64,000 nt of DNA from Bdellovibrionales bacterium (GTDB taxonomy: Bacteria > Bdellovibrionota > UBA1018 > JADZFF01): NCBI GenBank assembly GCA_020850015.1, contig JADZFF010000042.1:890-64889 (forward strand), given 5' to 3'. Every line of letters starts with the position of its first letter. Position 1 is the first letter of the stretch. Both the position numbers and the translations under genes were made by a program. The notes under the pieces were generated by a model. The model had not been told where the DNA came from. It saw nothing but the letters and a program-made list of their open reading frames with translations, and ran no database searches. Positions 59,206 through 64,000 of this stretch are shown here, in pieces.

Positions 59206-60434
59206 GCTGTGGCTCCGGCGGCGGCTCCGCGCTGGGATTGGGAACGCGGGCTTCTCGACTCCTCGATCTGCCGCACGACCTCGTCGGCTCCAGCGCGGCC
59301 GCTCCGGCCCACGTGGTAGATCCAACGTTCGCGCGCGGCTCGCAGCGCCTCCACGAATCGCGCGTGATCACGCGTGAGTTGGCCGATCTTTTCCCCGGCC
59401 AGATGAAGGTCGGAGGGCTCCAGTACGTCGCCGATCTCCTTGCGGATGGAGTGTTCCAGTGGGGTGAGCCCAACCCTTTCCCAGTGCGCGTTGTTCACCT
59501 TGGGTGGCGTGTTCACGAAAAGAACGGGGCGTTCGAGGCCGAAGGCGAAGTCGAAGGATGCGCCCGACCAGTCGCTGATCATCACGTCCGCATGGGCGAG
59601 GGAATCCTGCTCGGACATGTCGGTGATCACCCGAAAGCGCCCCCCGGCTCCATACGAGGCGGCAAGCTTCCCCGCCAGCGTGGGGTGGTGGCGGACGGTC
59701 ATGGGGTGCAGTCGGAGGTCGACGGTGTGCCCGGCCTCGAGGAGTGCCCGGATCAGGGGTTCGCCCCAGGAGCCCTCGATGATCGACCCCGTGCCCCAGG
59801 AGGGCGCGAGCACGACGCGTTTGGTTTTCGTTTCCGTAGGACGATACTGCTCGCGGGTTGCGCGTTGGCGCTCAAGCAAGGCGTCGAGCCTACCGTAACC
59901 ATGATCGACGAGTTGCTTGGGCTTCAGCCCATAAGCCTGCTCGGTTTTCCGAATCTCAGCGGTGTGGTGCGGGCCAACACAGAGGATGGTGTCGTAGTGA
60001 TCAAACGCGCCCTCACGGTACACGCGATGACTGCTATTGATGGAATGGAAGAGATACACGTAGCGCACGGGTTTCACCGAGCGCTTGAGCTGATACTTCT
60101 CGAGGTCCGGTAGGGTGAGCAGGCAGACTCGACAGTCCAATCCACGGAATGCGAGCGTGCGCGCGGTTCCCGAGCCGATGTACAGCGGTCGCAGAAGCGC
60201 CTGGAGCTCCGGGGTCAGGCGTTCGCCGCGGAGCACGGGGTCGTGGTCATCTGAGGTGAGATAGACCATGCGCTGGCCGTGGCTCGCCGCCAGCTCGCGG
60301 AGCACGGGCTCGAGGTGAGGCCAGTCGCCAGGGCCTTCGGCGTAGACGACGAGCTCGCGTTCGGCGGCGCCCAGACGGCCGAGCTCGGAAAGGCTCCGCC
60401 ACTCGGCGGAGAGTCGGCGGAAGAAGGACAGCAT
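59202..60434 (-). CDS. CDP-glycerol glycerophosphotransferase (TagB/TagF) family protein
   Basis: VVLAPSWGTGS (like the APTWR motif), LRLHPMT, HADVMISDWSGASFDFAFGLERPVLFV (like ITDYSS-FDF). Start is M73 of ORF 59202..60650. Confidence 0.7.
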   Translation of the reverse strand: MLSFFRRLSAEWRSLSELGRLGAAERELVVYAEGPGDWPHLEPVLRELAASHGQRMVYLTSDDHDPVLRGERLTPELQALLRPLYIGSGTARTLAFRGLDCRVCLLTLPDLEKYQLKRSVKPVRYVYLFHSINSSHRVYREGAFDHYDTILCVGPHHTAEIRKTEQAYGLKPKQLVDHGYGRLDALLERQRATREQYRPTETKTKRVVLAPSWGTGSIIEGSWGEPLIRALLEAGHTVDLRLHPMTVRHHPTLAGKLAASYGAGGRFRVITDMSEQDSLAHADVMISDWSGASFDFAFGLERPVLFVNTPPKVNNAHWERVGLTPLEHSIRKEIGDVLEPSDLHLAGEKIGQLTRDHARFVEALRAARERWIYHVGRSGRAGADEVVRQIEESRSPRSQSQRGAAAGATA

Positions 60435-60442
60435 CGCGGAGG

Positions 60443-60682
60443 TCAGGGCTTGGGGGGTTCCACCGGCGACTTCGCGGGCTTTCTGCCCACGATTCGAAGC
60501 GCCAAGTCGCGGACACGAGTGAATCCGCTGCGGAAGAACATGAACCCGCCGGCAATGGCGGCGACTATCACCTGAATGGCCATGCCCATGGTGCCCGGAT
60601 CCAGATAGGCATGGGCATCCGAAGGGATCATCAGGGTAAGGCCGGCCCAAAGTCCAAGTGCAAGAGTCAGGAAATGCCGCAT
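60443..60682 (-). CDS. small membrane protein (79 aa) with AYLDPGT motif
   Basis: MRHFLTLALGLWAGLTLMIPSDAHAYLDPGTMGMAIQVIVAAIAGGFMFF plus a basic tail. GAGGAG upstream. Start is M22 of ORF 60443..60745. Confidence 0.55.
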   Translation of the reverse strand: MRHFLTLALGLWAGLTLMIPSDAHAYLDPGTMGMAIQVIVAAIAGGFMFFRSGFTRVRDLALRIVGRKPAKSPVEPPKP

Positions 60683-60749
60683 TAAGGTGTCTCTCCTCGG
60701 GATTTTTCTCACAGAATTCTTACGAATAATCCCCGCGTTCGGCAAGCGC

Positions 60750-61907
60750 CTAGGCGTCCGATATGCGGTTCCAGGCCCGAACCAGGAGCTCGCGGGCGGC
60801 CTCTTCAGCGATAGGGGTCAGGTTATTCGGCGCCCTGCCCGGGTGGATCAAGGTGCCTGGGACGTTGCGCAGGGGCTCGGGAGAATGGAGGTGCTTCCGT
60901 AGGAGGGGTTTCAGGTTCAACTCCGCGAAGAATTCGTAAATACGGCGTACGCCGCTCTCGACGCCGTCGGCCCCAAGCGCAGCAAGCACCGGTGCCACGG
61001 CTTCAGATCCGTTGGCTCCATTCCAGGCCAGCACTTCGGCGAGGGTGAAGCCGCACGCGAGCCCGTGGGGCAGACCGAGCGAAGCTGTCAGAGGGTAAGA
61101 CATTGAATGCGCCAACGCCGTGCGGGTGCCGCTGATAGCCAACCCCGCCAGCACGGCCGCCTCCTGCACGCCCACTCGCGCTCCGAGGTCCTGGGGATGA
61201 ATCATCGCTCGCGGCAGGAAAACGAGCAGACTCCTTGCGGCCCGTGAGGCCAGGGCCTCCGAGACCGGGTTCCGGTTGCGGTTCCAGAGCGACTCCAATG
61301 CGTGCGAAAAGGCATCGAGCCCGGTCAACACGGTGAGATCAGGGGGCAGCGTGAGCGTGAGTTCGGGGTCGATGAGGGCATCCGTGGGGAATAGACGGTC
61401 GTGTGTCAGCGAGTGCTTGGCGCCGGTCCTCTCGTCCCACACGGTGGCAAAAGGGGTGACCTCGGCTCCGGTCCCCGCGGTGGTTGGGACGGCAATGATT
61501 GGCAACGGCGAGAATCCGACAGGGTAGGGGATGGACTGTCTCAGGTGATCAGAGACCCACTTGGGCCCAGTCTGCCCGGAGGCGCAGAGGGCGGCGGCTA
61601 CTCCCTTCGCGGTATCGATCGTACTTCCTCCGCCGATCGCCACCAGCAACTCGGGGCGGGAGGGAAGGATCTCCAGGGCGGCCTCCTGAATCGAGGCCAC
61701 CGTGGGATTCGAAATCACTCCCCGGTGCACGGCCACAAGACCAGTACCGAGGAGGCCCCGCACCCGCGCCTCGAGCCCGCGCTCGAGCGAGCCCCGAGTG
61801 CCGAGGAGCGCCGCCCGCTTCCCCCCGGCGCGTAAAGGCAGCCCGCCGAGGCTGCCCGCGCCCATCCAGAGCCGGACGGGATTAAAAAAGGCCGCAGGCT
61901 CGGTCAT
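60750..61907 (-). CDS. iron-containing (group III) alcohol dehydrogenase, candidate phosphonoacetaldehyde reductase
   Basis: LVAIGGGSTIDTAKGVAA...AVPTTAGTGAEVTPFA...LAHSMSYPL. Start is M40 of ORF 60750..62024. The functional call comes from gene context only. Confidence 0.7.
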   Translation of the reverse strand: MTEPAAFFNPVRLWMGAGSLGGLPLRAGGKRAALLGTRGSLERGLEARVRGLLGTGLVAVHRGVISNPTVASIQEAALEILPSRPELLVAIGGGSTIDTAKGVAAALCASGQTGPKWVSDHLRQSIPYPVGFSPLPIIAVPTTAGTGAEVTPFATVWDERTGAKHSLTHDRLFPTDALIDPELTLTLPPDLTVLTGLDAFSHALESLWNRNRNPVSEALASRAARSLLVFLPRAMIHPQDLGARVGVQEAAVLAGLAISGTRTALAHSMSYPLTASLGLPHGLACGFTLAEVLAWNGANGSEAVAPVLAALGADGVESGVRRIYEFFAELNLKPLLRKHLHSPEPLRNVPGTLIHPGRAPNNLTPIAEEAARELLVRAWNRISDA

Positions 61908-62604
61908 AATCCGCCTGGGTGTCGATCTCAGCCCAAGGTTTTCCATCGGTCGGTACGAGCCGGAAGCTGTGTCCGGCCCTGGCCATGCGGGTGAAGGCCT
62001 CGGTGTCATAGGCCTGGAAATCACGATCCCACAATACCTGCTCCAGGCTCTGGAAGAGCGCCTGAGTGATGCCGCCAGAGAACGCCGCGATTCCCACCCA
62101 CTCTCCCGCGGATCGAGGAGCCGGAATCTGCTTGCTCGATGCGATCAGCCTTCGATCCGCCGTGGCTTCGACCTTCATTGCCTCTTCGTCGGTTGCCCCG
62201 AAGTCGGTGAGGAGCGCCGCCTCCGTCTGGGGCACGTCCATCATGGGGTCGAGGAGCCCGCCGTCGTAGGCCAGATCGCTGTGCAGGTAGAGGAACGGGC
62301 GGCCACCGACCCAGTGGCGGGCGCACCAGAGCGAACCTCCGTTGTTCATCTGCTCGTAAAAGGGGTTCGGCACGAACGTGACACCGGGCCCGGCAAGAGC
62401 CCGCTCCATCTGGTCGTGCCGGTAGCCTACGACGATCGCGAACTCCCGGATCCCGCGCTCCCTCAGGAGGCGCATCGACCGGCCAAGCAGGGTTTCATTC
62501 TTCAGGTCGAGAAGGCCCTTGGGTTTCTCGAGCGTGAGCGGATAAAGGCGCGACGAGCGGCCCGCGGCCACGATCACCGCGCGCTCGATCCGGTGTGCGC
62601 TCAT
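61882..62604 (-). CDS. LicC-like sugar/phospho(no)-head-group nucleotidyltransferase
   Basis: RAVIVAAGRSSRLYPLTLEKPKGLL...FAIVVGYRHDQM. ATGA overlap with the Ppd-like stop. Confidence 0.7.
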   Translation of the reverse strand: MSAHRIERAVIVAAGRSSRLYPLTLEKPKGLLDLKNETLLGRSMRLLRERGIREFAIVVGYRHDQMERALAGPGVTFVPNPFYEQMNNGGSLWCARHWVGGRPFLYLHSDLAYDGGLLDPMMDVPQTEAALLTDFGATDEEAMKVEATADRRLIASSKQIPAPRSAGEWVGIAAFSGGITQALFQSLEQVLWDRDFQAYDTEAFTRMARAGHSFRLVPTDGKPWAEIDTQADYDRACGLF

Positions 62605-63764
62605 TTCCCGGTCCACCACTGCGTGAATTGCTCCTTCACCTCTTTTGGGGTCACTGTTGGGCGTCCAAGCTTCGCGTCCGTCGAGATCCCCACCTTCGCG
62701 TGGATCAGGCAGGGGCCGCTCAGGTCTCTCGCTTTCTTCACGAGCTCCCGGAAATCGTCCAGCCGGTCCGTGCGCCAGGCCTGGGCATAGCCGCAGGCCG
62801 AGGCGGCCATCGCGAAATCGACGGTGGAGCTGACGGTCGGCTGGGCGCCCGTCGATTCGTGAGCTTCGTTGTCCAGGATGATGTGGAGAAAGTGTTTCGG
62901 TGCGTAGTGGCCGATGGTGGCGAGAGCCCCCAGCTTCATGAGCGCGGCGCCGTCACCATCGAGCACGGCGACGTGCCGCGTTCCGGAACCGCCCTCGTGC
63001 ATGCCCAGCCCGATGGCCGAGGCGCAACCCATCGAGCCCACGATGTAGAGCTGGCCCGGGCCGTGTCCGGCGGTGAAAAGCTCACGGCCGATCTTCCCGG
63101 TCGTGGCCACGAGAGCGCTATGGCCTCCGAGAAGCTCCTTCACGGCTCGGATGTAGTCGAGTCGCGGCGCCCATTGCGCGGGCTCGGTCGTGAACTTACC
63201 CTGGAGCCGCCCTTCCTCGTGCGCGTAGCGCGTGGTCCGTCGGGGCTGGGCGGCCAGCGGAAAGTCCTTCACCGAGCCCTTTTTCATGACGAGCGCAAAG
63301 GGAAGGCCGGTGGCGCGCATCGAGGCCTCGGCTCGCTCCAGCGCGGCGTCGCAGTCCGCCGGGTCCTGAGGGAAAGTCTCGTGCGGGATCCGCATCGTAT
63401 CCAGGAGCTGCTCGGTGATCTCGCCCATGAGCTCGTGCTGCGGCTCATCCGGCACCCCGGGTTCTCCCCGGTGGGTGGTGATGAGGAGCACCGGGGCCCG
63501 AAACGGGTGGTTCAAGGAGGTCAGCGGGTTCACCGTGTTCCCGAGGCCCGAGTTCTGGCAGATGATCACCGCCTTCCGGCCCACCATGGCTGACCCGGTG
63601 GCGATGCCGACGGCTTCGCCTTCGCTCGCCGCTCCGATGTAGCTGAGCTCAGGATTCTGGATGACGGAGTTGATGAAGGGCGTCAAATACGAGCAGGGCA
63701 CGCCTGTCCAAAGGGTGAAGCCGCGTTTGGAGGCGGGACGCAGAAAGTCTTCGGCATGAATCAT
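62601..63764 (-). CDS. TPP-dependent phosphonopyruvate decarboxylase-like enzyme (sulfopyruvate decarboxylase is the alternative)
   Basis: [64 protein letters not shown]; C-terminal TPP-binding half [12 protein letters not shown]...LDGDGA. Confidence 0.7.
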   Translation of the reverse strand: MIHAEDFLRPASKRGFTLWTGVPCSYLTPFINSVIQNPELSYIGAASEGEAVGIATGSAMVGRKAVIICQNSGLGNTVNPLTSLNHPFRAPVLLITTHRGEPGVPDEPQHELMGEITEQLLDTMRIPHETFPQDPADCDAALERAEASMRATGLPFALVMKKGSVKDFPLAAQPRRTTRYAHEEGRLQGKFTTEPAQWAPRLDYIRAVKELLGGHSALVATTGKIGRELFTAGHGPGQLYIVGSMGCASAIGLGMHEGGSGTRHVAVLDGDGAALMKLGALATIGHYAPKHFLHIILDNEAHESTGAQPTVSSTVDFAMAASACGYAQAWRTDRLDDFRELVKKARDLSGPCLIHAKVGISTDAKLGRPTVTPKEVKEQFTQWWTGK

Positions 63765-63875
63765 CGGGCGGGTCTCCTGAGGCGGGAGACTTTCATGGCG
63801 GGCGGGAGGCGGTCAAGGCCGCCGAGGCCCCGGCGTCCTTGCGGATCCGAGCGCCGATGGCGTAGGGTGGCCTCC

Positions 63876-64000
63876 ATGGGACAAGCAAATTCCAAGACGG
63901 TGTATGTGGGGATGAGCGCGGATCTGGTGCACCCGGGGCATCTCAACGTGATCCAGGAGGCGCGCAAGTACGGGGAGGTCGTGGTCGGACTCCTGACGGA
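63876..64000 (+). CDS. cytidylyltransferase-fold (HxGH) protein, N-terminal fragment truncated by the window end
   Basis: Manual translation gives [42 protein letters not shown]. TagD/ECT-type HxGH motif (HPGH). Confidence 0.6.
   Translation, partial: MGQANSKTVYVGMSADLVHPGHLNVIQEARKYGEVVVGLLT

Noticed and set aside
62601-63764. Assigning the TPP enzyme firmly as Ppd (gene symbol aepY/ppd)
   Set aside because: Sulfopyruvate decarboxylase and Ppd are close relatives that cannot be separated by eye, and PEP mutase is not visible in the window. The symbol is therefore left blank and the call kept as Ppd-like.

Overview
High-GC (about two-thirds G+C by eye) bacterial chromosomal segment, densely coding, about 60 protein genes plus one tRNA. 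LPS-heptose genes, lipobox lipoproteins and a sigma-54 promoter point to a diderm; the taxon cannot be assigned from sequence alone. Most of the window is housekeeping: rluB, scpA/scpB, trpS, xerD, mutY, mutS, mutL, pyk, thrS, queD/queC, hisC, cmk, ilvE, miaA, pgi and initiator tRNA-fMet. There is also a second-messenger set (PilZ, FHA-GGDEF, HAMP-cyclase-HEAT) and secreted hydrolases. The most unusual region is the last ~8 kb (55.9-64.0 kb). It is a tightly packed minus-strand operon: phosphonopyruvate-decarboxylase-like enzyme, LicC-like nucleotidyltransferase, Fe-alcohol dehydrogenase, small membrane protein, TagF-family glycerophosphotransferase-like enzyme, and two paralogous LtaS/sulfatase-superfamily membrane proteins. 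It diverges from a cytidylyltransferase-fold gene cut by the window end. I read it as a phosphonate (predicted 2-hydroxyethylphosphonate) envelope-decoration or polymer system with an architecture I do not recognise as described. Other notable signals: in-frame stop codons in scpA (TAA) and in a hypothetical gene (TAG); a four-helix-bundle (23S-IVS/Avd family) gene in a ~600-bp cassette bounded by imperfect inverted repeats; a 33-bp-stem palindromic element with a third arm copy that encodes the last 9 codons of ilvE; a near-consensus sigma-54 promoter upstream of a Q/P/Y/N-repeat lipoprotein; a 56-nt, ~12% GC island after comEC; a C11 homopolymer tract inside xerD; and a DUF366-like ORF in the queDC operon. 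CDS coordinates come from the supplied ORF track, with starts refined by residue offset. Hand-counted non-coding features may be off by 1-2 nt. The many long alternative-frame or antisense ORFs are treated as high-GC artefacts.
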